Made by a program: the position numbers and the translations under genes. Shown here piece by piece: positions 30,743-40,511 of a DNA stretch of 64,000 nt (positions within the stretch are counted from its first letter, which is position 1; each line of letters starts with the position of its first letter). The notes under the pieces were generated by a model, which saw only the letters and a list, made by a program, of their open reading frames with translations, was not told where the DNA came from and searched no databases. This DNA is from an uncultured Spirochaetota bacterium (GTDB taxonomy: Bacteria > Spirochaetota > UBA4802 > UBA5550), in assembly GCA_963827275.1 (NCBI GenBank), contig CAWHAA010000006.1, positions 160,001-224,000 of the forward strand. Direction: 5' to 3'.

Positions 30743-31861
30743 TCATCCGTGATACCGCATGGCATACCCTGCCTGCATGAATTTGCTCACCTCGGTGACA
30801 AAGCTGAGCACCAGGTCCCCGTCATGAAGTTGTTCTTCCCTGAGTATCGTATCGAGGCAGATAAATGCCATGGGCGGCCCCGGGTAGCCGATGGTCGACA
30901 TCCTGGTGTACAGGGTTGACGCGGGTATTCCGAGGGCCGCGCATTCTTCCAGTACCAGGTCGGCGATGTGCTTTGAAGGCAGGTTTACCTGGAAAAACCT
31001 GAGGCCCGACAGGTCGATGTTGTTCGATTCTATCATGCGCCTGAGCCCCTTGAAGAAAACGGTGCCGTCAGGGTCATGGAAGTGGGCGCGGAGCTGTTCC
31101 TGGAACATCTGCGCAAGGTGGTGATACCCGCGTTCAAATTCCTCCCGGGGGTTCATCCAGTACGCGGGGCGTCGGTTGCCCATGGGAGAGGGCTTTTTGC
31201 CGCCTACCGATTCCATGAAGGTTTGCTCGACGAACAGGCCCCTGCCGGGCGCGTCCTGCCCCTCCAGCACGAGCGCGCCGGCGCCGTCGCAGAGGAACCA
31301 CCGGAGGAAAACGTCCTCTTTCCTGATGAGGGGCTGGTTGTAATATTCGGCGCGGAGCTCCGACGATGATATGCTTGATGAGAGCACCAGCGCGTTCCGG
31401 TACCTGCCGTTCTTTATCAGGTCGGACGCAAGGAGGAGCGATTTATACGCCGAGGTGCAGTTCGCATGGATTGAGAGCTCGGCGCAGCGCTCGATCCCCA
31501 GGGCCTCCTGGATGCGCACGGAGGGGGTCGGCATCTGGTCCATGTGGGCGCTGCCGTAAACGATCAGGTCAATGTCGCCGGCGCTTCTGCCGGCTGATTC
31601 CAGGGCGGCCCGGGCGGCCTTCACCGACATGGTGACATTGTCTTCGAAAAAATCGCGGGTGTCGGGGTCAATGGCGTAGTAGTAGTGGCTGATATCAAGC
31701 ATCTCCTTCATGAGGGGCCTGATGCGGCGCATCCACTTCATCACGGGTGCGGGCGCTTCGGTTATCTCGCCGAGGTAGCGGTCGATATCGTCGAACGGCA
31801 CCGGCGTTCCCGGGAGGAAGGAACCGCTGCCTGTCACCCGGACATGGCGTGCATCTGTCAT
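30743..31861 (-). CDS. DarB/StlD-like KAS-III family ketosynthase
   Basis: GSFLPG..DRYLG N-terminus, HANCTS Cys, FLRWFLCDGAGA. Confidence 0.8.
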   Translation of the reverse strand: MTDARHVRVTGSGSFLPGTPVPFDDIDRYLGEITEAPAPVMKWMRRIRPLMKEMLDISHYYYAIDPDTRDFFEDNVTMSVKAARAALESAGRSAGDIDLIVYGSAHMDQMPTPSVRIQEALGIERCAELSIHANCTSAYKSLLLASDLIKNGRYRNALVLSSSISSSELRAEYYNQPLIRKEDVFLRWFLCDGAGALVLEGQDAPGRGLFVEQTFMESVGGKKPSPMGNRRPAYWMNPREEFERGYHHLAQMFQEQLRAHFHDPDGTVFFKGLRRMIESNNIDLSGLRFFQVNLPSKHIADLVLEECAALGIPASTLYTRMSTIGYPGPPMAFICLDTILREEQLHDGDLVLSFVTEVSKFMQAGYAMRYHG

Positions 31862-32510
31862 AACGGCGCGCTCTCCTTTTTCATAATGCTCCCATTTTCT
31901 GTTTTTATCGAAGCGGACATTTTTTTTACAAGATCAATCGCCCGCGCGACCACGTCCTTTTTGGGCGTGATGACATCGACGAGCTTCCATGAAAGAGCCT
32001 CGTCCGGGGAAAAGCTGGCGCCGGAAAGCGAGAGCTCCATCGTGCGCGCCCTCCCGGCAAGGGAGAGCATTTTGCTGATGCCCCCGCACCCGGGCATGAG
32101 CCCGAATGTCGATTCGGGAAGCCCCAGCACCGACCCTTCGCCGCACACGCGCGCGTGGCAGAAGAGCGCCAGCTCGAGCGCCGAGCCGAGGCAGACCCCG
32201 CGTATGGCCGCGACAACCGGGATGGCGCATTCCTCGAAAAACCGGAATGACGAGAGGTTGTCATGCAAAAATGCGGGCATCGCGCAGCCGTGTTCCCTGA
32301 TGGCGTTCTTCAAGTCCTCAAGATCGGCGCCGGAAGAAAAATGCCGTCCTGACCCGTATATAACAATGCCGCTGGCTCCGGAAGAGGGGATCACTTCCAC
32401 GGTGAGGCGCTTCAATTCAGAAAAAAAAAGCGGGTCATCCTGTTCGACGGGGGCGCGTTCAGGACCAGGTGCCCGATGGAATCGTGAATTGTATACGCAG
32501 GATTATTCAT
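31858..32510 (-). CDS. enoyl-CoA hydratase/isomerase, frameshifted at a T9 run (32421-32429)
   Basis: MNNPAY...LNAPPSNRMTR N-terminus from 32510 in one frame; HFSSGADL, LGSALE and LPE in the other. Confidence 0.85.
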
Positions 32511-33219
32511 GCGATGCAACCGCCAGTCTGCAGAACATTCGTGTCTCCTCTTCCATGGCCGCGCGCGCTTCCATCGTGCGCGCGTTGTTTATGGCGCGTA
32601 CGATGGATGTAACTGCGGCACGCGGCTTACCATCAACCATTTTTTTCATGAGGGCCATTGAAAAATCCAGGGCTCCGCGGGGAGGGGCCATGTGATCGAC
32701 AAGCCCGATTTCGAGCGCCCTGGCGGCGTCGATGACATCCCCGGAGAGGAGCATCTGCACCGAAACGCTCCGGGTGACGGTCCGCGCGAGCCGGGAGGCG
32801 CCGCCGAATCCCGGCACCAGACCATGGTTGATTTCCGGGAAGGCGAAGATGGCGCCCGGGGAGCAGACCCGGATGTGGCAGGCGAGGGCGATCTCGAGCC
32901 CGGCCCCGAAGCAGGCCCCGCGTATGGCAGCGATGACAGGCACCTCCGCTGTTTCAATGTGGCGGAGAATATCCATGCCGTCGCTCATTGCCCTGAAAAG
33001 CTCTGATTCACGTGCCGCCAGCTCCCTGACGCGATCGAGGTCGCCGCCGGCGGAAAAATGCCGGCCTTCGCCGGTGATGATTATGCCGCGGATATCGCCG
33101 TCATTGGTCCATTCGCGGAGCCGCTCCAATTCAACAAAGGAAGGCTCCGAGAGGTAATTCTGCGGGGGATTGGCGATGGTCATGGTCCCGATCTGACCGG
33201 ACACCTCCCAGGTTGTCAT
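32503..33219 (-). CDS. enoyl-CoA hydratase/isomerase
   Basis: HFSAGGDL, GAGLEIALACHIR, FPEINHGLVPGFGG. Confidence 0.92.
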   Translation of the reverse strand: MTTWEVSGQIGTMTIANPPQNYLSEPSFVELERLREWTNDGDIRGIIITGEGRHFSAGGDLDRVRELAARESELFRAMSDGMDILRHIETAEVPVIAAIRGACFGAGLEIALACHIRVCSPGAIFAFPEINHGLVPGFGGASRLARTVTRSVSVQMLLSGDVIDAARALEIGLVDHMAPPRGALDFSMALMKKMVDGKPRAAVTSIVRAINNARTMEARAAMEEETRMFCRLAVASHE

Positions 33220-33233
33220 GATTGAACGCTCCA

Positions 33234-33629
33234 TCACGCCCCCGGGAAAAACTCAGGTATATCGAGAGGAACACGGTCGCGGTCCACAAGGATGGTTTTT
33301 ACCGATCCGCGCGCGATCAACCCGCCGTCCCGGACGTTTCTGATCGATTGTTTGAAGACAAGGTACGGGGCTTCACGGGCAATATCTGTTCCGCAAACCA
33401 GTTCGTCAAAGACTTTCGCTTCACGGGAATAGCGGATGGAAGCCTCAGCGACGACAAGGATATGTCCGCTGCCGGCAAAATAATCGAACAGGCCGAGCGA
33501 CCTGAGGGCCTCCCACCGGGCGTGCTCGAAGTAGTTCATGTACACGGCATTGTTCACGTGCCCGAAGGAATCGATTTCGTAGCCCCGCACGGAAAACCTG
33601 CATTCATGTTCCGACCGCTTTTCAGACAT
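33234..33629 (-). CDS. hot-dog fold acyl-CoA/ACP thioesterase (YbgC/4HBT family)
   Basis: VRGYEIDSFGHVNNAVYMNYFEHAR. Confidence 0.92.
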   Translation of the reverse strand: MSEKRSEHECRFSVRGYEIDSFGHVNNAVYMNYFEHARWEALRSLGLFDYFAGSGHILVVAEASIRYSREAKVFDELVCGTDIAREAPYLVFKQSIRNVRDGGLIARGSVKTILVDRDRVPLDIPEFFPGA

Positions 33630-33735
33630 GCCCCGCATTTTGCCAGGAAGATTGCGATCCTGTCAATCACGATGTGCGGAGAGGTTTTTTTTATTGCAAT
33701 ATTTTCGAGATAAAAATGATACTGATACTGCACTT

Positions 33736-34872
33736 ATGACAGAACCATGCCAGTACAGTATCGGTGTTTTCGGAAGCGGCCGCATGGGCGCGGATATCGT
33801 CGATTACCTGTCTGATTTTCCGGTCCGGCTGACGTGGATATGCGTTTCTGAAGAGGAGCGGGAGAAGGCCCGGCGCGCATATCAGAAAAAGATCGGGCGC
33901 CGGCACCGCAATGGCCTGATGGACGACGCGCAGTTCGAGCTGCGGAAAAAGAGCAGCGCTATTTCCTCGTCACCCGCGGAGTGCGCAGACTGCGATATCA
34001 TCATTGAAGCGATAATCGAGGACGAAGACGCCAAGAGGAAGCTCTTTGCCGGGATCGAAGCTCACGCCCGCGGCGACACGGTGATTGTTTCAAATACGTC
34101 ATCCATCAACCTGTCGCGGCTCATCGAAAACGCCGTGCGCCGGGAGCGTTTTGCCGGCCTCCATTTTTTCTTTCCGGTGAGGTACAGGGACATCGCCGAA
34201 CTGGTACTAACCGACAAAACGGATGCAGCAGCGGCCGGAAGGCTCCGACAATTCCTCTCGTTCCTCGGCCGGTTTTACCTTGAGATGGGCGAACGGGACG
34301 CATTTATACTGAACAGGGTCGTCCTGGATTGCCAGGCACAGGCATGCCGCTTCTGCGAAGAAGGCGCGTTCATGCCGCGGGATATTGACGGTATCGTCAA
34401 ACAATCATTCTTCCCGTCGGGCATCTTCGAGTTGTTTGACAGCGTGGGAATTGATGTTGTATACCGTTCCGTGGTCAACTATACTGAAAGCCTTGCGGAC
34501 CGGGAATTTTACATGCCGATGCTGCGGGCGCTGCAGTCGCTGGTATCGTCCGGCAGGCTCGGCAGAAAAAACGGCGCGGGATTTTATGACTACAATGAAA
34601 CCGATGCGAGAGCGGAGGACAGGCCTGCCGTGGATGCAACCGACGCCGGATTGCTGTTACACGCCATCTATGTCAATTCGGCTTTCAGGGCCCTTGAACG
34701 CGGCACCTGGAGGCGTGAAGACCTTGAATATGCTCTGGCGGAGTACACGGGTGCCAGAGCGGGCCCCTTCGCGCATGCAGGGGAACCGGCAAAGCGCGAG
34801 ATGAGGGGCGTGCTGACGGAACATTATAAAAAGACCGGTTTTGAGGCGTACCGGCCTTCGATGCTGTTTTAA
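33736..34872 (+). CDS. 3-hydroxyacyl-CoA dehydrogenase family protein
   Basis: GSGRMG Rossmann motif, IIEAIIED, SNTSS, GLHFF, LGRKNGAGFYDY. Confidence 0.88.
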   Translation: MTEPCQYSIGVFGSGRMGADIVDYLSDFPVRLTWICVSEEEREKARRAYQKKIGRRHRNGLMDDAQFELRKKSSAISSSPAECADCDIIIEAIIEDEDAKRKLFAGIEAHARGDTVIVSNTSSINLSRLIENAVRRERFAGLHFFFPVRYRDIAELVLTDKTDAAAAGRLRQFLSFLGRFYLEMGERDAFILNRVVLDCQAQACRFCEEGAFMPRDIDGIVKQSFFPSGIFELFDSVGIDVVYRSVVNYTESLADREFYMPMLRALQSLVSSGRLGRKNGAGFYDYNETDARAEDRPAVDATDAGLLLHAIYVNSAFRALERGTWRREDLEYALAEYTGARAGPFAHAGEPAKREMRGVLTEHYKKTGFEAYRPSMLF

Positions 34873-34922
34873 TGAAAAACAAACCGGCCAAAACTGCCTG
34901 AAGCGGGGGGTGATGCCGAAGG

Positions 34923-36356
34923 ATGACGCACGTGATGAAAAAGGTGCTTCTGGTCAACACCAACATGGAAACAAAACCGTACCCGGTGCCGCCGCTGGGG
35001 CTCTGCCTCGTCGCCTCGTCCCTGGCCGGAAGCTACGATGTCATGGTCTATGATCCCGCGACAGACCGGGGGGCCGCCCTGCCGAAGGTCGTGGAAGATT
35101 TCAGGCCGGATTATGTGGGCGTATCGATACGGAATATCGACGACATGAACGTCCTGAATCCAACGAGCTATGCCGAAACTGTCAGGGACACCTTCCTCAC
35201 GCCGCTCAGCGAATTGACGGGCGCACCCCTTATTCTCGGCGGGAGCGCCTTCAGCATCCTCCCGGAACACTTCATGTCATATTTTAATGCGGATTACGGC
35301 ATCTTCGGGGAGGGTGAATCAGCGTTTCCGATCCTCCTTGAATGCCTTGAACGGGGCGGCGATCCCGGAACGGTGCCAGGCGTGCGCGCCAGGGGCGCGG
35401 CCGGCGGCGCGGGTCAGGGGGGATATCTCGACCTTTCCGGATTGCCGTTTTCTGAGATTGACCGGAAGATCGATTATGCCCCCTACCGCGCCAGGGGCTC
35501 TTACCCGGTGCAGACAAAGCGCGGCTGCTCGCACCGGTGCCTCTACTGCACCTATAACTGCATCGAGGGATACCGGTACCGCGTCAGGCCCCCGGCCATG
35601 GTCGCGGACGAAATAGAGCAGGCGGCGGCACGGCTCGGCGAGGTGACCTTCGAGTTTGTCGATTCCACCTTCAACGATCCCGCGGGACACGCGGAAGGCA
35701 TATGCAGTGAGATCGTGCGGCGCAAGCTCGGGGTGCGGCTCAGGACCATGGGAATAAACCCGTGCCACGCGTCACGGGAGCTTTTCGATCTGATGGCCGC
35801 TGCCGGGTTCGCGCAGATCGACTGCACGCCGGACAGCGCGTCCCCCCGGATGCTGAAAAGCCTCGGAAAAAATTTCACACTGGGGGAGCTCGCCCGCGCC
35901 GCACGGATCGTGCGCGAGGCGGACATGCCCACCATGTGGTTTTTTATCTTCGGCGGGCCGGGGGAAAACGAGGATACGGTCCGCGAGACCTTCGACTTCA
36001 TCGACAGCTCGATCAGCGGCAGCGACATGGTGCACATGACCTGCGGGCTCCGCATATACCCCGGCACCGGCCTGTACCGGCGCGCCATAGAGGACGGGAC
36101 GATCGCACCGGACGATCCGGCGATTGATACGCGCTTTTACATCTCCCGGGAGCTTGGCAGGGACCGCCTGTTCGGACTCGTCGCGGATGCGGCGAAGCAG
36201 CGCCCCAACTGTGTGCCGGTCATGGAAACAGAGCCGCCCCCTGAAATGATGCAGGAGGCCATGGCGCTCCGGAAGCGCAGCAATCTTGATGAACCCATGT
36301 TCAGGACCCTGCTCCGCCTGAGGTACAGGAAGTTCGGAAGGGAGATGGAAGAATAG
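34923..36356 (+). CDS. cobalamin-binding radical SAM enzyme, lipid-biosynthesis-type N-terminus
   Basis: PYPVPPLGL, SIRNIDD, GEGE, QTKRGCSHRCLYC, RIYPGT. Confidence 0.92.
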   Translation: MTHVMKKVLLVNTNMETKPYPVPPLGLCLVASSLAGSYDVMVYDPATDRGAALPKVVEDFRPDYVGVSIRNIDDMNVLNPTSYAETVRDTFLTPLSELTGAPLILGGSAFSILPEHFMSYFNADYGIFGEGESAFPILLECLERGGDPGTVPGVRARGAAGGAGQGGYLDLSGLPFSEIDRKIDYAPYRARGSYPVQTKRGCSHRCLYCTYNCIEGYRYRVRPPAMVADEIEQAAARLGEVTFEFVDSTFNDPAGHAEGICSEIVRRKLGVRLRTMGINPCHASRELFDLMAAAGFAQIDCTPDSASPRMLKSLGKNFTLGELARAARIVREADMPTMWFFIFGGPGENEDTVRETFDFIDSSISGSDMVHMTCGLRIYPGTGLYRRAIEDGTIAPDDPAIDTRFYISRELGRDRLFGLVADAAKQRPNCVPVMETEPPPEMMQEAMALRKRSNLDEPMFRTLLRLRYRKFGREMEE

Positions 36357-36438
36357 AGGGCCGGATAAAAAGATTTTGACAAAATCGCAGGTCTTTCGGT
36401 AATGTTTTACGATTATGCCTCGCAGGCAGGGATACGGT

Positions 36439-37908
36439 ATGAGGGGAACACGCTTACTTGTCGCAATCACCATCGCGCTGCTGGTCATGCTTCCCGCCGC
36501 GGGCAGGGAGTCACGGCTGGACGTGAGCCGCGCCACGGTGAAGATAATCCGCACCTCGGTGCGCCCGGATTACAACCAGCCGTGGAAGATGAAGGAGCCC
36601 GAGACATCGGTCGGATCAGGCGCGATTATCACCGGGAAAAAGATCCTCACCAACGCCCATGTCGTGTCCGACGCCACCTACATCCAGGTAAAGAAAGAGA
36701 GCGACCCGGAGCTCTACGACGCCCGGATTCTCTTTATCGCCCATGACTGCGACCTGGCGCTGCTCGAAGTGAACGATCCCGGATTTTACAATGGCACGGT
36801 CCAGCTCGGGCTGGGCGGCATCCCGGAGCTGCGTTCGAAAGTAACCACGTACGGATACCCGATGGGCGGCAGCCGCATCTCGATCACCGAGGGCATCACC
36901 TCGCGCATCGAGATCGGGGAGTACGCACACAGCGGCAGCATGTCGTTTCTTCTTATCCAGACTGACGCGGCAATAAATCCCGGCAACAGCGGCGGCCCTG
37001 TAATGCAGGGGAATCTCATCGCCGGGATTGCGTTCCAGGGGAACATGCAATCGGAGAATATCGGCTACCTGATACCGACCCCGATCATACGGCATTTCCT
37101 CGATGACATCCGCGACGGCAGGTACAACGGCTTCCCCATGCTCGGCGCCTTCACCGATCCGCTGGAGAACATCAGCTTCCGGCGTTACCTCGGCATGAAG
37201 GACGGGCAGAGCGGCATCATCGTCACGATGGTCCTCCCCGGCGGCGGGGCCGAGGGCCATCTCCAGCAGGGAGACGTGATTACGGCGATCGATTCGGTCC
37301 CCATCGCGAATGACGGCACGATTCGCTTCAGCCAGGGCAGGATCTATTACTCGTACGTCATCGATACCAGGCAGGTCGGGGAACCGATTACGCTGAATAT
37401 CATACGCAAGGGGAGGCCCGCAACCGCAACGTATCCGATGAAGGCGTTTCAACACAGGATTTCATGGTTCAACGAGTACGAAACGCTTCCGCGCTATTGC
37501 ATATTCGGCGGATTGATTTTTCAGCCCCTTTCGAAGGAATACCTCATGACCTGGGACAAGTGGTGGCATACCGCCGACCGGCGCCTCCTCTATTATTACC
37601 AGTACCATATAAGCGACAGGCTCTTTCCGGAGAGGAAGGAATTCATACTGCTGAACGGTGTCCTGCCCGACGAGGCCAACACCTACCTGTCCGATGTTCA
37701 CGACAAGGCGGTCGATTCTATTAATGGCGTAAAAATAACAAAACTCGGGGATGTGCCGGCGGCGTTCAACGCGCCCCGGGGCGGTTATCATGTCATACGG
37801 CTGGACGGTACGACGTTTCCCCTTGTGTTGAAGGCCTCTGAAATGGATGCAGCAAATATCAGAATTCAGAAAAAATACAATATCCCTTCGCTGGTGCGCC
37901 TGCAATAA
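36439..37908 (+). CDS. secreted Deg/HtrA-type serine protease with PDZ domains
   Basis: TNAHVV, CDLAL and DAAINPGNSGGP give an intact His-Asp-Ser triad. Confidence 0.93.
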   Translation: MRGTRLLVAITIALLVMLPAAGRESRLDVSRATVKIIRTSVRPDYNQPWKMKEPETSVGSGAIITGKKILTNAHVVSDATYIQVKKESDPELYDARILFIAHDCDLALLEVNDPGFYNGTVQLGLGGIPELRSKVTTYGYPMGGSRISITEGITSRIEIGEYAHSGSMSFLLIQTDAAINPGNSGGPVMQGNLIAGIAFQGNMQSENIGYLIPTPIIRHFLDDIRDGRYNGFPMLGAFTDPLENISFRRYLGMKDGQSGIIVTMVLPGGGAEGHLQQGDVITAIDSVPIANDGTIRFSQGRIYYSYVIDTRQVGEPITLNIIRKGRPATATYPMKAFQHRISWFNEYETLPRYCIFGGLIFQPLSKEYLMTWDKWWHTADRRLLYYYQYHISDRLFPERKEFILLNGVLPDEANTYLSDVHDKAVDSINGVKITKLGDVPAAFNAPRGGYHVIRLDGTTFPLVLKASEMDAANIRIQKKYNIPSLVRLQ

Positions 37909-37941
37909 ACTAGTTCCCGGCCGCAGGCCGGGGATAACTGG

Positions 37942-39429
37942 ATGAAGATAATGAGGACAATGAAATACATAGCCGCTATAACTGCAATCTTGCTATGCAT
38001 GTGCGGCGCGCTGCCGATGGACGCCGGCGCCATGGACGACCGCGTGGTCTACCTTGTGGTCACTTCGCAGAAGCATGACAATGCGTCTCCCTGGCAGATG
38101 GGGGGCATAGCCCGATCCAACGCGACCGGCTGCGTGATCGAAGGCAACATGATACTGACCACGGCATATTCCCTGGCTGACCACGCGATAATAGAGGTGA
38201 TGAAAAAGGGAGAGAGCAGGAAATACGCGGCCGAGGTGTTCATCAAGGACTACCACGCCGGGCTTGCGCTCCTGCGGGTAAAGGACGCGGCGTTCTTTGA
38301 GGGCCTCCGGCCGGTCGAATTCGCCCCGACCGGCAAGATCACCGGCAGGAAGGCGGCGGTGTACCGGTGGGACTCGCTGAGCAGCCTCAAGGAATATTCA
38401 GCTGATCTCACCAAGTCCTCGATACGGTTCTATGACCCGGGCTGCGCTGCGCTCATGCACCAGTACTCGACCAGCATGAACGACGGCGGCAGCGGCGAGC
38501 CGGTTTTCGTCGACGGGAAGCTCGCGGGGATCGCGACCGCGCTCAGCAACGAGACGAAGACGCTCTACGTGCTCGGGACGGACGTCGTCAGGCGCATGCT
38601 TGACGACGCGGCCGACGGGGACTACCGGGGCGTCCCGTTCTTCTGGATCGACGTCATGGAGCTGCGGAGCGATGTCAACCTGCGTGAGTATTTCGGCGTG
38701 TCCCCGGGCGACGGGGGCGTGCTGGTGACCGCCGTCCCGCCGATAAGCAGCGGGGGCGACGCGCTCCGCATTAACGACATCATCCAGTCGATAGACGGGC
38801 AGCCCATTGACGACAGCGGCATGTACGATTCGCCCTACGGCAAGCTCTACTTCTACGGCATGATACAGCTCAAGCACCACGTCGGCGACACCGTGACCAT
38901 GGGGATACTGCGAGACAGGAAGAAGATGTCTGTGCGGTTCCAGCTCAGGCCGGTCCCGGAGGATTGCTGCGGTATCCCCCTCGTGTCCAGCGACAGGAAA
39001 CCTTCCTATTGCCTGTTCGGTGGCCTGGTCTTCCAGGAGCTGAGTATCGGGTATCTCGAGCTTTTCGGCAGGGACTGGAAACAGAAAGCCGACAAGCGGC
39101 TCCTCTATTATTATGATTCGGTAAAGACCATCGCGGGACAGGGACCCGATACGCGGGTGATCGTGCTCACCCGGGTCCTGCCCGATCCGGTAAACAAGGG
39201 ATACCAGCAGTACCGGGACATGGTGCTCGAAACAGTTAACGGCGTGAAAGTAAAAAACCTCGCCGCCATGAAAAAGCTGATCGACGGGTCATCCGGTGAC
39301 TTCATCGTGCTCGGGTTCGCGGGCGAATCCACCATCGTGATTGACCGGAAGATGGCGGCCGGCGGCGAAAAGGAGCTTCTTCGGAAATACAACGTAATTG
39401 CCCCGCATAATATTCCCGGTATTGACTGA
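37942..39429 (+). CDS. Deg/HtrA paralog with a degenerate triad
   Basis: Colinear with the upstream gene (FGGLVFQ, ADKRLLYYY, VLPD) but has TTAYSL, AGLAL and MNDGGSGEP. Confidence 0.8.
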   Translation: MKIMRTMKYIAAITAILLCMCGALPMDAGAMDDRVVYLVVTSQKHDNASPWQMGGIARSNATGCVIEGNMILTTAYSLADHAIIEVMKKGESRKYAAEVFIKDYHAGLALLRVKDAAFFEGLRPVEFAPTGKITGRKAAVYRWDSLSSLKEYSADLTKSSIRFYDPGCAALMHQYSTSMNDGGSGEPVFVDGKLAGIATALSNETKTLYVLGTDVVRRMLDDAADGDYRGVPFFWIDVMELRSDVNLREYFGVSPGDGGVLVTAVPPISSGGDALRINDIIQSIDGQPIDDSGMYDSPYGKLYFYGMIQLKHHVGDTVTMGILRDRKKMSVRFQLRPVPEDCCGIPLVSSDRKPSYCLFGGLVFQELSIGYLELFGRDWKQKADKRLLYYYDSVKTIAGQGPDTRVIVLTRVLPDPVNKGYQQYRDMVLETVNGVKVKNLAAMKKLIDGSSGDFIVLGFAGESTIVIDRKMAAGGEKELLRKYNVIAPHNIPGID

Positions 39430-39487
39430 GGCCGCCGACGCGCGGCGGTGTAACATGCCCCATGCCGGGATGAACAAGGTCAGGACG

Positions 39488-40501
39488 ATGATACCACGGA
39501 CAGCATTTATAGCTCTCATTATTATTTCACCGATCGCACTGGGTGCGAAGACGGCGGCGCCGGGGCCCGCAGGGGAACAGGCGCTTCAGGCGAAGGACGA
39601 AGCGGCACAGGGGAGCACGCTCCGAAAAGAAGCGCCGCCGCCGGCGGCGCAGGATGACGCGGCCAGGAAAAAGGAAGGGCAGGCGATCATGAAAAAATCG
39701 ATACGCTACTCCCTTATCGCGGCAGTCCCGATAAACACCTATGTCGTGTCCCTCCTGACCTGGGACTGGGGAAAAACGACAAAATTCAGGGTGGGCCATG
39801 AAGGCTGGTTCGGGCGCAACACCTATACCGGCGGGGCGGACAAGATGGCCCACATGTTTTCCTTTTACACGATGATGCGGGTCCTCTACAACGTGTATGA
39901 TTACACTGAAGACGGCGCGCCGTCCAAGTGGGCCTATTCCGTGGGCCTCACGACATTCCTGGCGCTCGGCATTGAGATAGGGGACGGGTTCTGCAAAAAC
40001 CAGAACGGGTTCGGGTATGCCGACCTCACCATGGGCCTGATCGGCATAGGGATCGCGTCGCTCCTGGAGGCATTCCCGGCGGTCGATTCCTTCGTAAGCT
40101 TGAGCGCCCAGTATATCCCGACAAAATATTTCAGGAAGCACCCGCAGCGGCTCAAATGGTTCATGGACGATTACAGCGGGTGGCGGTTCATGGCGAACAT
40201 AAAGCTCGCCGGGTTCCGGTACGTCGGCGTCAAGATACCGGAGTTCCTGAGGTACGTGCAGTTTGATATCGGGTATTATACCACCGGCTATACCAAATAC
40301 GATTACGCCTGGGGCGAGCTTGAGAAAACCTTCAACATCAGGGGGAAGGAGCGGAACGTGTATATCGGCATTTCGGTGAACCTGGCGGAATTCATCAAGG
40401 ACTTCTTCACCGACAAGGAAAGCCTTGCCTGCCGCGCCCTTCAGCAGCCGTTCAAGTATTACCATGTCCCGCTCGGCGTCGATCACCGGTTCAGACTATA
40501 G
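39488..40501 (+). CDS. DUF2279/YfiM-like membrane protein
   Basis: GGADKMAH motif, IEIGDGF..GFGYADL, DYSG. Confidence 0.7.
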   Translation: MIPRTAFIALIIISPIALGAKTAAPGPAGEQALQAKDEAAQGSTLRKEAPPPAAQDDAARKKEGQAIMKKSIRYSLIAAVPINTYVVSLLTWDWGKTTKFRVGHEGWFGRNTYTGGADKMAHMFSFYTMMRVLYNVYDYTEDGAPSKWAYSVGLTTFLALGIEIGDGFCKNQNGFGYADLTMGLIGIGIASLLEAFPAVDSFVSLSAQYIPTKYFRKHPQRLKWFMDDYSGWRFMANIKLAGFRYVGVKIPEFLRYVQFDIGYYTTGYTKYDYAWGELEKTFNIRGKERNVYIGISVNLAEFIKDFFTDKESLACRALQQPFKYYHVPLGVDHRFRL

Positions 40502-40511
40502 GGGGTACTTC

